Source of the DNA: Candidatus Argoarchaeum ethanivorans
Lineage (GTDB): Archaea > Halobacteriota > Methanosarcinia > Methanosarcinales > EX4572-44
Length of the DNA stretch: 64,000 bases
Assembly (NCBI GenBank): GCA_004193545.1
Contig: RPGO01000030.1
Location: 4,790 to 68,789, forward strand
Direction: 5' to 3'
The position numbers and the translations under genes were made by a program. The notes below the pieces were generated by a model. The model ran no database searches, was not told the origin of the DNA, and was given only the letters and a program-made list of their open reading frames with translations. Below are positions 10,963 through 21,056 of the stretch, piece by piece. How positions within the stretch are numbered: the first letter of the stretch is position 1; each line of letters begins with the position of its first letter.

Positions 10963-11134
10963 CTTTTAACTCTCGATTGCGAGAAGCACTGCACAACTTC
11001 GCTTTCGCAGAACCGCATACTCCGTGTGCAGAGACGAACAGTAACTGCATACAACGCAAGCACTACACAACTTCGTTGTGCAGAAATAATTCTCGATTGC
11101 GTTAGCAATCGAGTGCAGAAAACAACTCTTGATT
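10958..11134. repeat. Palindromic intergenic repeat cluster (REP/BIME-like)
   Basis: Modules CTCGATTGC..GCAATCGAG, CACAACTTCGTTGTG and CACAACTTCGCTTTCGCAGAAC, shared with 6 other loci. Confidence 0.85.
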
Positions 11135-11327
11135 TAATTAGTATACCCCGCAGCAGAGCGTGTGGTTGGGATGAAAGATCAGGTAGCGGTCAAAGCAATA
11201 GAACAAAGGCTGCGGCTTGATACTTCGCATCAATTGAATCAACTCTACAAAGAATCATCACCACGAAACATGCCCACCGATCAACAGGTTTGTGCAGGGT
11301 TGATGCAATGCAATTGTCAGGATTAAC

Positions 11328-11766
11328 ATGGCACAGAGAAACGACCTTCGCCACGATAGACACACAGTGTCACTGCTGACCGATCACATGGTCTTCTCAC
11401 CCAAGTATCGCGGTAAAATTTTAACAGGTGATGTTGCTCTGGTTACCGAAGGCACCATCCGAAAAACCTGCAAGGAGATGGATATTCAAATCATAGACAT
11501 GGCAGTGAACACAGATCACGTCTACCTCTTCATAAAATATCCGCCGAAGTATTCCGTAAGCTATATAAGCCAAGAGGGTCAAAGGTAGAAGCAGCAGAGT
11601 GCTCAGAAAAGAATTTCCACACCTGAAAAAGTGGTGCGGAGGTCATCTATGGGCACCAAGCTGCTACCATGGATCGGTTGGACAAGGATAGGATGTCGTT
11701 GAGCGATATATACAGAATCAAGATAAACCGAATGCAAAGAAACTCACATACAGGCTCTGTACTTAA
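11328..11766 (+). pseudogene. tnpA: IS200/IS605 TnpA (Y1 HUH transposase) pseudogene
   Basis: HMVFSPKYR; HUH motif degenerate (DHVY); frameshift near 11570 continuing KGRSSRVLRKEFPHL...LWAPS; in-frame TAG; YIQNQ. Downstream hairpin CTCTGTACTTAAGTACGGGG. Confidence 0.88.
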
Positions 11767-11856
11767 GTACGGGGTTTGGTGACTTATAATATCATGGGAA
11801 AAAATCGAAAAAAATAAAGAGTATAAAGGAAGGAAAAACTGGAGGGATAAAAATCG

Positions 11857-13683
11857 ATGGATTATATTATTAAGGGAATGATTAAAAAAGAGGATCTGGG
11901 AAAACTTCCAGATGTATTACCTGTTATGGTGTATGCCGCGAGGGACAGAAGAGTGCTTGGTTCAGCACCGGTTAATGAGGATGGAAGTTTTGAGATAAAA
12001 TATAAGTACAAGGTTTCTGGTAGAGAGAAAAAACCAATTGGTGCATACTTGATTATAGGGCCAAAACTTCCTGGCGATCAAATACTGAAAACAAAACTTG
12101 AGAGAAAATTTCTTAGTTCTAAAGGATTTAAAAGAGCAAGCCCACGGTATAAGTATGAGTTTGAAGAGGCAATACCCATCTCAAAGAAAGATAAGAGAAT
12201 ATACGCGGGAACTATCATGGAATTTGCCTCTGGCTTTACCTACATGGGATATATTAGAACCTGTTTGCCATTAATTGAAGATGCGGGGCATCCATGTCCT
12301 CTTGGATGTGTAAATCCCGGTACCTTATCTACATCCGAGCATCGTGCATATGTGCGAATATCCAGGGAAGATAACATTATTGGGGATGACATTCTGGTGA
12401 GTGACGGAAGTGAAAGTGAAGAATCCTTATCAGGAGAGTTTAGTGTAACTGAAATAATACCTGGTTTGTGGATATTCCCTTTAGGGTACACAGCTCTCGT
12501 GGAGGTCTATCAAAAAATTGGTGGGATCACTAATACACTATATAGTGGCAATCACAGATTTGAACACAATTATCCGCAGTATATTTGTATTGACAGAGAT
12601 GAAGTAGAAATAATTGAAATACCCGAACTGGAGGGTCTTGGAGTTGGAAACTCCTTTGGATTTACACGAGTGAGTAATATCCCTATAGATTATATAGACC
12701 AAAGCACAGGATATGCCGATTCTAGTGGTGCGACAGATAGTGCAACACACAAAGTTAAAGATTTTGCATTCTTTGGAGAGCTACACCTCTATGCAAATAT
12801 CGGTGAAGAGTTACAGGTTGATGATTCAACAGGGGATTGCAAAATACAGTACATCAGAGTGAAGTATGAACATTTAGTTGAAGATGGTACTGGTGGTTAC
12901 ATTACAGATGCTGAAGGTTATATTCAAACTCCTTTTGGAAACGCAAGAGAACCAAGAGAAGGTGAAGGAGACGATCTAATAACTGAAACAATGGGACCAT
13001 TGCCCCTAAGTGAAACAGGGGGTATGATTGGAGTGTATAGATATGCTAATCCGTATGAAACCGCGGCATTAGATCCTGATAAAGAGATAAATGATTGGGT
13101 GTTTAAGGGATTGCTTATGGTTATATATCCGTCATCTTTACCATTTAACTACGGAAGATACAGGTTAACTGTAGAAGCATATGGTACTGATATGGAGGAT
13201 GTAGGCATTGCTGATGCTGATGACAACGACTTTGTAGAGGTGTTCAATTTGCTGATAGATAATGATATATCTGCATTGACTGGAGATATCAAGGATATTG
13301 AGGGAACGGGTGCTTGTGGTTTATTGGACCATAGGGGGAGTCCCACTTCAGAATTTGATATCACCGTTGATTTTGATATTAATAACAGTCATGGAAATTT
13401 AAGAGATTTTAAACTGACTGCCTGTTGGGGGGAAAATTGTGAGAAAGAATTGGAATGCGGAGAATACCCAACATATCCCGGAATAACTCCTCCAAAGTGG
13501 GATGGTGAAAGTGGCATCCGCACGACTAAAACGTGTGCGTGGGTAGAATGTGCTTATCAGTTTAGACTAATGGCACATAGAAGAGTGACCAATGGGTTCT
13601 CTGATGAAACCGAGAGAGAAGTATTCACTAAACACATTACTATACGCTCTATGAACTCATATGATCCGTCCTGCAACATGTGA
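11857..13683 (+). CDS. Large hypothetical protein (608 aa, acidic, probably beta-rich)
   Basis: Long ORF with GGAGG RBS; no signal peptide or recognised catalytic motif. Confidence 0.8.
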   Translation: MDYIIKGMIKKEDLGKLPDVLPVMVYAARDRRVLGSAPVNEDGSFEIKYKYKVSGREKKPIGAYLIIGPKLPGDQILKTKLERKFLSSKGFKRASPRYKYEFEEAIPISKKDKRIYAGTIMEFASGFTYMGYIRTCLPLIEDAGHPCPLGCVNPGTLSTSEHRAYVRISREDNIIGDDILVSDGSESEESLSGEFSVTEIIPGLWIFPLGYTALVEVYQKIGGITNTLYSGNHRFEHNYPQYICIDRDEVEIIEIPELEGLGVGNSFGFTRVSNIPIDYIDQSTGYADSSGATDSATHKVKDFAFFGELHLYANIGEELQVDDSTGDCKIQYIRVKYEHLVEDGTGGYITDAEGYIQTPFGNAREPREGEGDDLITETMGPLPLSETGGMIGVYRYANPYETAALDPDKEINDWVFKGLLMVIYPSSLPFNYGRYRLTVEAYGTDMEDVGIADADDNDFVEVFNLLIDNDISALTGDIKDIEGTGACGLLDHRGSPTSEFDITVDFDINNSHGNLRDFKLTACWGENCEKELECGEYPTYPGITPPKWDGESGIRTTKTCAWVECAYQFRLMAHRRVTNGFSDETEREVFTKHITIRSMNSYDPSCNM

Positions 13684-13857
13684 AGAAGCGGATGTTTTTT
13701 CTGTAGAAAAGGTCAGTAAGATATATGTCCTAGATGATATTGCTGAAGAGACAGGGATCCATAAATGCAATAACCAAAAAAATGTTTTACACGCAGGAAG
13801 AGAGAAATGCAGCAAAGGGATGCCTCGGAATTTATTCCGAGTGTGGCGTGGATGAGG

Positions 13858-13916
13858 CTCTCGATTACGCAAGCAATCGAGTGCAGAAAATAATTCTCGA
13901 CTACGAAGTAGTCGAG
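13858..13916. repeat. Palindromic intergenic repeat (same family)
   Basis: CTCTCGATTACGCAAGCAATCGAGTGCAG and CTCGACTAC-GAA-GTAGTCGAG. Confidence 0.8.
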
Positions 13917-14000
13917 CCCACGCGGTTTCAATTTTTTTGAGTTCCGGATCGATATGTTATTTCGTTACATGCCCTTAGTAATCCAAACCCTATTTCAACC

Positions 14001-15275
14001 TCACAAACTTATTCTGTATGCTTCAACTGTTTTTTCGATGTCTTCTTCACTGTGTGCTGTTGATAGGAAGTTAGTCTCAAATTGCGAGGGTGGTAAAAAC
14101 ACACCGTTCTTTAACATTCTTTGGAAAAACTGGTAGTATGCTTCTTTGTTGCACTGTAGAGCTTCTGTGTAGTTTTTTGGCTTTTTTCCAAAGAACAGCT
14201 TGAACAGGCTTGCTGTGCCCCCGACACTATACGGCAACTTTTTATCCATAATTATATCAGCAAGGCTTGCCCTGAGCTTGTCACCAGTGTCATTCAGGTT
14301 TTTATATATTGCTTTTTGTTCTATAAGCTTCAGCACTGCACCTGCTGCTGCAAGAGACACCGGGTTTGCATTGAATGTGCCTGCCTGATATACTGGTCCC
14401 GATGGTGTTACAATTTGCATGATCTCGCGTTTTCCCCCGATTACGCCAATTGGAAAGCCACCGCCGAGCACTTTGCCAAGTGTGGTCATGTCAGGTGTTA
14501 CTCCATAGTGTTCCTGTGCACCGCCCTGTGATATTCTAAACCCTGTTATTACTTCATCGAAAATCAAAACCACGTCGTTTTCTGCTGTAATCTTTCTAAC
14601 CTCTGTAAGGTAATCTTTTTCTGGAAGTATTGGCCCAATGTTTCCAAGCACAGGCTCCATAATCAATGCTGCAACATCATTTTTGTTTTGTTCAATCACA
14701 TTAACCAGTGCTTCTGTGTCGTTGTAAGGTATTTGAAGCGTGTCTTTTGTAACACTTTTAGGTATTCCAAGTGAGTCCGGAACTCCGTGAGTTGCTGCCC
14801 CGGAACCTGCTTTTACCAGTACAGAATCGTGTGCACCATGAAACCCGCCCTCGATTTTTATAAACTTGTTTTTGTTTGTGTAACCTCTTGCAATGCGGAT
14901 AGCACCCATCGTAGCTTCGGTACCAGTGGAAACAAAACGCACCATGTCGATACTTGGATACAGGTTTGTGATTTTCTCTGCAATGTTAACCTCTGCTTCG
15001 GTTGGAATTCCGTACAACCAGCCGCGTTCAAGCTGCTCTGTTACTGCTTTTTTTATGGCAGGATGTTCATGTCCAAAGAACTTTGGCCCGTAAGCCATGC
15101 AATAGTCGATAAATTCATTACTGTCAACATCAATGACTTTCGAGCCGCTTGCTCTTTTAACATAAAACGGATACGGCTTAATAGCACGCACCGGACTATT
15201 TACGCCGCCACACAAAAGCCTGTTTGCACGATCAAAAATAACGCGTGAAGTATCAGTGTTCATGTAGAGCAACAT
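14001..15275 (-). CDS. hemL: Glutamate-1-semialdehyde 2,1-aminomutase
   Basis: [47 protein letters not shown]. Confidence 0.96.
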   Translation of the reverse strand: MLLYMNTDTSRVIFDRANRLLCGGVNSPVRAIKPYPFYVKRASGSKVIDVDSNEFIDYCMAYGPKFFGHEHPAIKKAVTEQLERGWLYGIPTEAEVNIAEKITNLYPSIDMVRFVSTGTEATMGAIRIARGYTNKNKFIKIEGGFHGAHDSVLVKAGSGAATHGVPDSLGIPKSVTKDTLQIPYNDTEALVNVIEQNKNDVAALIMEPVLGNIGPILPEKDYLTEVRKITAENDVVLIFDEVITGFRISQGGAQEHYGVTPDMTTLGKVLGGGFPIGVIGGKREIMQIVTPSGPVYQAGTFNANPVSLAAAGAVLKLIEQKAIYKNLNDTGDKLRASLADIIMDKKLPYSVGGTASLFKLFFGKKPKNYTEALQCNKEAYYQFFQRMLKNGVFLPPSQFETNFLSTAHSEEDIEKTVEAYRISL

Positions 15276-15343
15276 CTACGCCATCCTTTATATTGTTTAT
15301 CAAATCAAACCCTTGTGAGACAACGACTCATGAGGTTTTGATT

Positions 15344-16033
15344 TTAAGTTGATTTATCCTCTGTGATTTTGCCGTCCACGAGTCCAATGATTCGCTCTGT
15401 TTTTTCTGCCATTTGTTCGTCGTGTGTTACAAGGATGAATGTCTGGTTGTGTTCTCTGTTGAGTTTGCGCAGCAGTTCGTAGATTTTCTCGCTTGTTTTG
15501 GAGTCGAGGTTGCCTGTGAGTTCGTCTCCTATGACGATTTCCGGGCTGTTTGCAAGTGCTCGTGCGATTGCAACTCTCTGGTTTTCTCCTCCTGAGAGTT
15601 GTCTTGGTTTGTGGTTTATTCTTTCACCAAGCCCTACTTCTTTAAGCATTGTATGGGCTTTTGCTCTGGCGTTGGTGGGTTTGATTCCGTTTATTAGTAG
15701 TGGCATCATCACGTTTTCCACAGCATTAAAATCGGGTAGCAGGTGGTGGTATTGGAAGATGAATCCGAGTTTCTGGTTTCTCATTTTGGAGCGTTCCTTT
15801 TCAGATGCTTTTGTGATATCAACTCCGTCTAATGTGATTGTTCCGCTTGTGGGTGTGTCAAGTATTCCAATCATGTTCAGGAGTGTACTTTTTCCAGAGC
15901 CTGAGGGACCTACGATTGCCATGAATTCCCCGCGTCCAATCGTCATGTTGACGTTATCGAGGGCTTTTATTTTAACACCGTCACCATAAACTTTTGTCAG
16001 GTCTGTTATCTGGATTATGTTTTTCTCAGACAC
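15344..16033 (-). CDS. ABC transporter ATP-binding protein (LolD/MacB-like)
   Basis: GPSGSGKST, LSGGENQRVAIARAL, VTHD. Confidence 0.93.
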   Translation of the reverse strand: MSEKNIIQITDLTKVYGDGVKIKALDNVNMTIGRGEFMAIVGPSGSGKSTLLNMIGILDTPTSGTITLDGVDITKASEKERSKMRNQKLGFIFQYHHLLPDFNAVENVMMPLLINGIKPTNARAKAHTMLKEVGLGERINHKPRQLSGGENQRVAIARALANSPEIVIGDELTGNLDSKTSEKIYELLRKLNREHNQTFILVTHDEQMAEKTERIIGLVDGKITEDKST

Positions 16034-17192
16034 TGTGAATCGCCTCCACCGGATCCATTTTTGAGGCTCTGTGGGCTGGATTTATACCGGCTAAGATGTT
16101 GATTACCATGGAGAATGCTCCTGCTATAAGGAAGTTTTCAGATGCTATTCGGATGGGAAGGTGGTCGAGCCCAAAGTACATTTCAGGCGGAACAGGAATT
16201 GTATAGGATATGAGTAATATGCAGGATACGTATCCAAGCACTGCTCCGATAATTACACCTATTATTCCAAGTATGCCTGCTTCAAGCAGGAAGATTGCGA
16301 GTATGCTTTTTCTGGATGTTCCCATGGCAAGTAGCATGCCGATCTCACCAACCTTTTCCATCACTATCATATTTAGAATATTTGCGATGCTAAATCCTGA
16401 TATGGCAAAGATCATAAGATAGAAGATAAAGACAAACTGCCTCTGTGTGTTCAGTAGATTCAGTATCTCTGAACTTTGTTCCATCCAGCTCTCTGCATCA
16501 TAACCTGTCTCCCTATCAATTCTATCTGCCAATGGATCAACAGCGTAGACATCAGAAACACGTATTCCGATACCTGTCACAATACCACTTTTTCCATAGA
16601 AATCCTGGACTTGCTCAAGGTTTGCGTACGCCAGTGTCTCGTCAGCCGATGTCCCTGTTTGGATAATTCCGGTGATCTTGAAATCGGATGGCTTTGATCC
16701 TGGAAAGCTAACGGTAACAGTATCATCTATTCCAACTTCCAATTTGTCTGCAAGCTTTGATCCGAGGATGATGCGGTTTCCTGTCCCCAGGATGGATTCA
16801 AATTCACCTGCAATCATATCCTTTTTCACATTCAGGACATGATCTTCATCAACAGGTCTCACGCCTGAGAGAACAGCCCCTTCCACGTTATGTCTGTACT
16901 GGATGGCAGCACCTCTCTTGTAGTAGGATGAAACGGCAGCCACGCCTTCCTGTTCACGTATAAAGCTTTCAAGTCCGTGATAAAGAGATATGTAGTCTTC
17001 ATTCTCTTTTGGTGAAACCGTAATGTGTGCCTGGTTTTCAACCGTTGTCTCGATGATGTTTTCTCTAAATCCTGTCAGCATTGACATGGAAACGATTATT
17101 ATTGCTACCGAGAGTGCGACAGCTATTACTGAAAACGTGGTCTGCCTGCGGCGCGCTTTGATATGCCGAAGGGCAATATTTATCTCGAACAT
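16026..17192 (-). CDS. ABC transporter permease (LolC/E, FtsX/MacB type)
   Basis: IALRHI..RRRQT; one TM, a large extracellular domain, then 3 TM; EK..EIGML.AMG; PA.RAS..DPVEAI. Confidence 0.9.
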   Translation of the reverse strand: MFEINIALRHIKARRRQTTFSVIAVALSVAIIIVSMSMLTGFRENIIETTVENQAHITVSPKENEDYISLYHGLESFIREQEGVAAVSSYYKRGAAIQYRHNVEGAVLSGVRPVDEDHVLNVKKDMIAGEFESILGTGNRIILGSKLADKLEVGIDDTVTVSFPGSKPSDFKITGIIQTGTSADETLAYANLEQVQDFYGKSGIVTGIGIRVSDVYAVDPLADRIDRETGYDAESWMEQSSEILNLLNTQRQFVFIFYLMIFAISGFSIANILNMIVMEKVGEIGMLLAMGTSRKSILAIFLLEAGILGIIGVIIGAVLGYVSCILLISYTIPVPPEMYFGLDHLPIRIASENFLIAGAFSMVINILAGINPAHRASKMDPVEAIHSV

Positions 17193-17213
17193 GACTCAGC
17201 CATCCATCCAGGA

Positions 17214-18377
17214 TTATTCACTACTTATCGCCTCCACCGGGTCAAGTCTTGAGGCACGTCTTGCAGGAAATATGCCTGCAACCAGGTTCAAAAGAAAGGT
17301 GAAAATGACGATCATAACAGCGTCCTTTGTCCTTACCACAAACGGAAAAGTACTTACACCACCATAGGCTTCTTCTCCGATATCCATAGTAATAGATCCC
17401 AAATATAGGGAGACTACTATTCCTGCAAGAACGCCCACCACAGGACCAATCAATCCCATGATTCCACCTTCCAGTAAGAATATTGTCAGAATGCTTCTTC
17501 TTGGAACACCCATTGCCATAAGCATGCCTATCTCTTTTGTCTTCTCCATCACCACCATGAATAGTGTACTCACCATACTGAAGGACGCAATCACAATAAT
17601 CATGCCAAGAATGATGAAATTGCTGAGACCTTCGATCATTATCATCTGCAGTATCTCAGGATTTGTCTCCATCCAGCTTGAAGCCTGGTACCCCACAGCA
17701 TCTATCTCATCCGCTATTGGCTGCGCATAATCAGGATCTTCAACCCGTACTAGGATACTGTTTGCCACATTGGAATTGTCAAAAAAGTGTTGAGCAGTAG
17801 ATAGTGGTACGTATGCCAGGGTCTCGTCCTGGGGCGTGCCGCTGTCGTATATGCCAACCACCTTAAGGGTGGTAGGTTTTGCTTCAGGAAAGGTTGCATC
17901 AAGCGTGTCACCCACTTTCACATCCAGTTTCTCAGATAGTGAGTCTCCAAGTATCACGCTCTTGTGTGTTACTTCAAGGTCCCTGAAGCTTCCCTCGGTA
18001 ATGTCTTTCTCAGTGTGAAGCACTGTGTTGTGCTCTTTTACGAGAATCCCTTGCATGAGCACATTCCTTGACGTGTCTTTGTATGCAAAGGTTGCCTGCC
18101 CGGATAGAACAGGTGATGCTCCTGTCACCCCCTCGATCTCTCTAATATCGTATGCAAGGCTCCGGTATAAATAGATATAATCCTCGTCTGATTTCGGTTC
18201 AACCGTTACATGAGGCATGTTGTCCACTGTCTTTTTATACAGTTCCTCTGTAAAACCAACCATACTTGCCTGGGACACCATGAGAATCATCACTGCAAGC
18301 CCAATACCCAGTATGGAAAGAATCGTCTGCCTGCGACGTGATCTAAGATGTCGAATAGCAATGAAGAGTTCATACAC
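17214..18377 (-). CDS. ABC transporter permease (LolC/E, FtsX/MacB type)
   Basis: Paralogue of the adjacent permease. GTG at 18377 is the probable start (YELFIAIRHLRSRRRQT). Confidence 0.9.
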   Translation of the reverse strand: MYELFIAIRHLRSRRRQTILSILGIGLAVMILMVSQASMVGFTEELYKKTVDNMPHVTVEPKSDEDYIYLYRSLAYDIREIEGVTGASPVLSGQATFAYKDTSRNVLMQGILVKEHNTVLHTEKDITEGSFRDLEVTHKSVILGDSLSEKLDVKVGDTLDATFPEAKPTTLKVVGIYDSGTPQDETLAYVPLSTAQHFFDNSNVANSILVRVEDPDYAQPIADEIDAVGYQASSWMETNPEILQMIMIEGLSNFIILGMIIVIASFSMVSTLFMVVMEKTKEIGMLMAMGVPRRSILTIFLLEGGIMGLIGPVVGVLAGIVVSLYLGSITMDIGEEAYGGVSTFPFVVRTKDAVMIVIFTFLLNLVAGIFPARRASRLDPVEAISSE

Positions 18378-18385
18378 TGAAAAAA

Positions 18386-19531
18386 TCACCTGGTTCCGCG
18401 ATTCAAGAGCCCTGGCAAGAGACATATAACCATAATTGCAAAAGCTGCTCCATAGACATTGAAGCCCGGTGTCTCTGCCGGAGTCGGAACAGTAGACTCG
18501 TTTTCATCTCTTTTCTCTTCTGCTTCTATTACGGTGTCCCACACATCCACCACATCACCGTCATTTCCCAGAAGCGTTACAGAGAGTCCATAAAGACCAG
18601 CCGGGAGTCTCTTATTCCACGTAACCTCAATAGTTTCATCATCCTCTAACATCAAGATCGGCGATCTTTCCTGAATTACTTCTACTGTCTCGTTATCCTT
18701 TGACACCGTAAAGACGATTTCGCCAGTAAACGGAACCTGAGACAATCCCAAAACAGTAGCACTTGCCCCAGTCTCATCCCTGTAAAGCTCAGTTATCCTG
18801 GCATCATCCATCGCAGTAAAATCCTCAGACCTGGCAATCACAGTATCACCGGGAGGAATTCCAAAGTCTCTTGGCGATGAAACTCGGACTTTCACCCTTG
18901 TTGAGTAATTATTATTATTTTCAAGCCGCACATTCCAGTTTTTAGAGAGAGTCATTGCCTGCACTACCGTCACCCGGCGATCTGTGGTTTTGTAGATCAC
19001 CGTATCCACGTCCACAAGCATGTATTCTACATCTGCCAGTACAAACTCCTGTTCCGAACCAATTCGGGGAGTGTTCGGTCTTAAAATAACGCTAACACCA
19101 CTGGAATCGGAGTTAATATCTTTAATGAATACCTTTGGTATTTCCTGTATGCCCCAGCCGTATGAAAAGTTGTAATATTCTCTCTCCAAGACTACGCCGT
19201 CGATTGAGAGAGTCATTCTAACGGTATAAAAACCATCTTCAGGGCTACTTATATTCCAGCACATTACCTTTGTTATATCAGTATCAGGCAAATCCACTCC
19301 AATAATAAATTCTTTTGACTTCAGCACGTCTCCGCCAAATATCAGGTCTGCACCGATGGTAACGTTCGCATAGTTTCTCTCTGAGTGAAGTGTAACATCA
19401 GCCGACTCGATATCCGAATAAAGATCAACAATCCTGATGTCCTCTGCACTCGCTAACCCTGCAAGAATAAAAATCAGGACTGCCGAGAAAACAGCAATTA
19501 ATATTTTACGACTGCTGAAACAGCTCACCAT
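18386..19531 (-). CDS. Cell-surface protein with PGF-CTERM sorting signal
   Basis: N-terminal signal peptide; C-terminal TPGF, TM segment and basic tail (archaeosortase A substrate pattern). Confidence 0.8.
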   Translation of the reverse strand: MVSCFSSRKILIAVFSAVLIFILAGLASAEDIRIVDLYSDIESADVTLHSERNYANVTIGADLIFGGDVLKSKEFIIGVDLPDTDITKVMCWNISSPEDGFYTVRMTLSIDGVVLEREYYNFSYGWGIQEIPKVFIKDINSDSSGVSVILRPNTPRIGSEQEFVLADVEYMLVDVDTVIYKTTDRRVTVVQAMTLSKNWNVRLENNNNYSTRVKVRVSSPRDFGIPPGDTVIARSEDFTAMDDARITELYRDETGASATVLGLSQVPFTGEIVFTVSKDNETVEVIQERSPILMLEDDETIEVTWNKRLPAGLYGLSVTLLGNDGDVVDVWDTVIEAEEKRDENESTVPTPAETPGFNVYGAAFAIMVICLLPGLLNRGTR

Positions 19532-19683
19532 CTTTTCACCCCATAACCATCAAACCAATCAAGCAAATCTTTTATGATTTGTTCAGAAAACAATATCTGT
19601 TCACAGTAATTTTCCACGATCATCAACTCCTCAAAATCCTTCCGAATGATCTCGGTTACCTATAAAAACCAGTGGTGGAGTAT

Positions 19684-20694
19684 TTAACGTTTGATTTCTA
19701 TCTCAGTGTTACACTTCTGGCATCTGTTATCAGAAGTAAGCCCATCACACGTTACATCAAAACCATGCCGTCTGATTAACAGTTCACCACAGTTTGGACA
19801 ATAGGTGTTATCTTTTTCTGTGCCAGGCACATTTCCAATGTACACGTATTTCATAGCTTCTTCCTTGGCAATGCTATAAGCGTCTTCAAGTGTGCGAAGT
19901 GGTGTGGGCGGTAATTTATCCAATTTATAATAAGGATAAAAACGTGTAAAGTGCATCGGTGTGTAATCACCAAGATTGTCACGTACCCACTGCACAAGTT
20001 CTCTTATTTCCTCTAAGGAATCATTAAGTGTTGGAATAATAAGGTTTACAACTTCTACGTGCATACCAAGTTCTCTTGCAAGTTTTGCAGATCTAAGTAC
20101 TGGTGCAAGTTTAGCACTGCATATTTCTTTATAAAAACCATCTCTAAATGATTTAATGTCAACACTGAAAGCATCAAGATATGGTGCAATCATTCGAAGT
20201 GCCTTCTCGCTGATGTATCCATTTGTAACATACACGATAGCAATCCCTGCCTCGTGTGCCAGTTTTGCAGTATCATAAGTATACTCAAACCATATCGCAG
20301 GTTCGTTGTAAGTAAATGAAATGCTCCGGCAGCCTGAAGACAGAGCACGGTTGAGAGCGTCTTCTGGAAGTATTTCAACAGTATTCACCTCGTCAATACG
20401 CATCTGCGAAATAGTATAATTCTGACAGTTCTTACATCTAAAATTACAGCCCACGGTACCAAGAGAATAACTCGTACTGCAAGGCATAAAATGGTACAGT
20501 GGTTTCTTCTCAATTGGATCAACAGATGCACTGGATACAACACCATAAATCAATGTGTACAGCTTGCCATTTTTATTCTGCCGGGTTCTACAGAAACCAT
20601 ACTTACCCTCGGAGACTATGCACTCTCGATTACATACATGGCACTTGACTTTGCCATCTTCCATCGATGTATACAGCTTAGCTTCTTTAATCAA
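19684..20694 (-). CDS. amrS: AmmeMemoRadiSam system radical SAM enzyme
   Basis: VDPIEKKPLYHF, GCNFRCKNCQN, FTYNEP, YVYIGNV, TYCPNC. Confidence 0.9.
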   Translation of the reverse strand: MIKEAKLYTSMEDGKVKCHVCNRECIVSEGKYGFCRTRQNKNGKLYTLIYGVVSSASVDPIEKKPLYHFMPCSTSYSLGTVGCNFRCKNCQNYTISQMRIDEVNTVEILPEDALNRALSSGCRSISFTYNEPAIWFEYTYDTAKLAHEAGIAIVYVTNGYISEKALRMIAPYLDAFSVDIKSFRDGFYKEICSAKLAPVLRSAKLARELGMHVEVVNLIIPTLNDSLEEIRELVQWVRDNLGDYTPMHFTRFYPYYKLDKLPPTPLRTLEDAYSIAKEEAMKYVYIGNVPGTEKDNTYCPNCGELLIRRHGFDVTCDGLTSDNRCQKCNTEIEIKR

Positions 20695-20920
20695 ACAACA
20701 TCACACCCATAACTTGGAAATATTCGCAATTAATACATAGCACTCTAACATTAAAAACGTAGCCCTCAAACAAACGCACACTTACCACGGTTTGACCTTG
20801 AGATTTTTCTGGTATTGTGAAAGTTCAAAACCAAGGTTAAATTTATAATATATGCTGGCTATTGTAATTGTTTACTATATTTTTTAAAACGTATAGGAAG
20901 TATAAACGCATTTGTTTATC

Positions 20921-21038
20921 TTGCACTTGATTGCTTTGCAATCGAGAGTTATTTCCGCACACGGAGTGTACGGTTCTGCATAACGAAGTTGTGCAGTGGT
21001 TCGCAATCGAGAGTTATTTCCGCACAACGAAGTTGTGT
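20921..21038. repeat. Palindromic intergenic repeat cluster (same family)
   Basis: TGCACTTGATTGCTTTGCAATCGAGAGT, CGCACACGGAGTGTACG, CACAACGAAGTTGTG. Confidence 0.85.
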
Positions 21039-21056
21039 GGTGTTGGAGAGATTTAT

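Noticed and set aside
10958-11134. Palindromic repeats as a CRISPR array
   Set aside because: No regular repeat-spacer periodicity, the modules differ and are dispersed, and no cas genes are present.
11328-11766. TnpA as an active RAYT mobilising the hairpin repeats
   Set aside because: The sequence is IS200-type with its own terminal hairpin and is inactivated (DHVY, frameshift, stop). Repeats lie close on one side only.
20931-21056. N-terminal extension of the DRE-TIM ORF
   Set aside because: It is read-through of the palindromic repeat; ATG 21057 follows a GGAG-type RBS.
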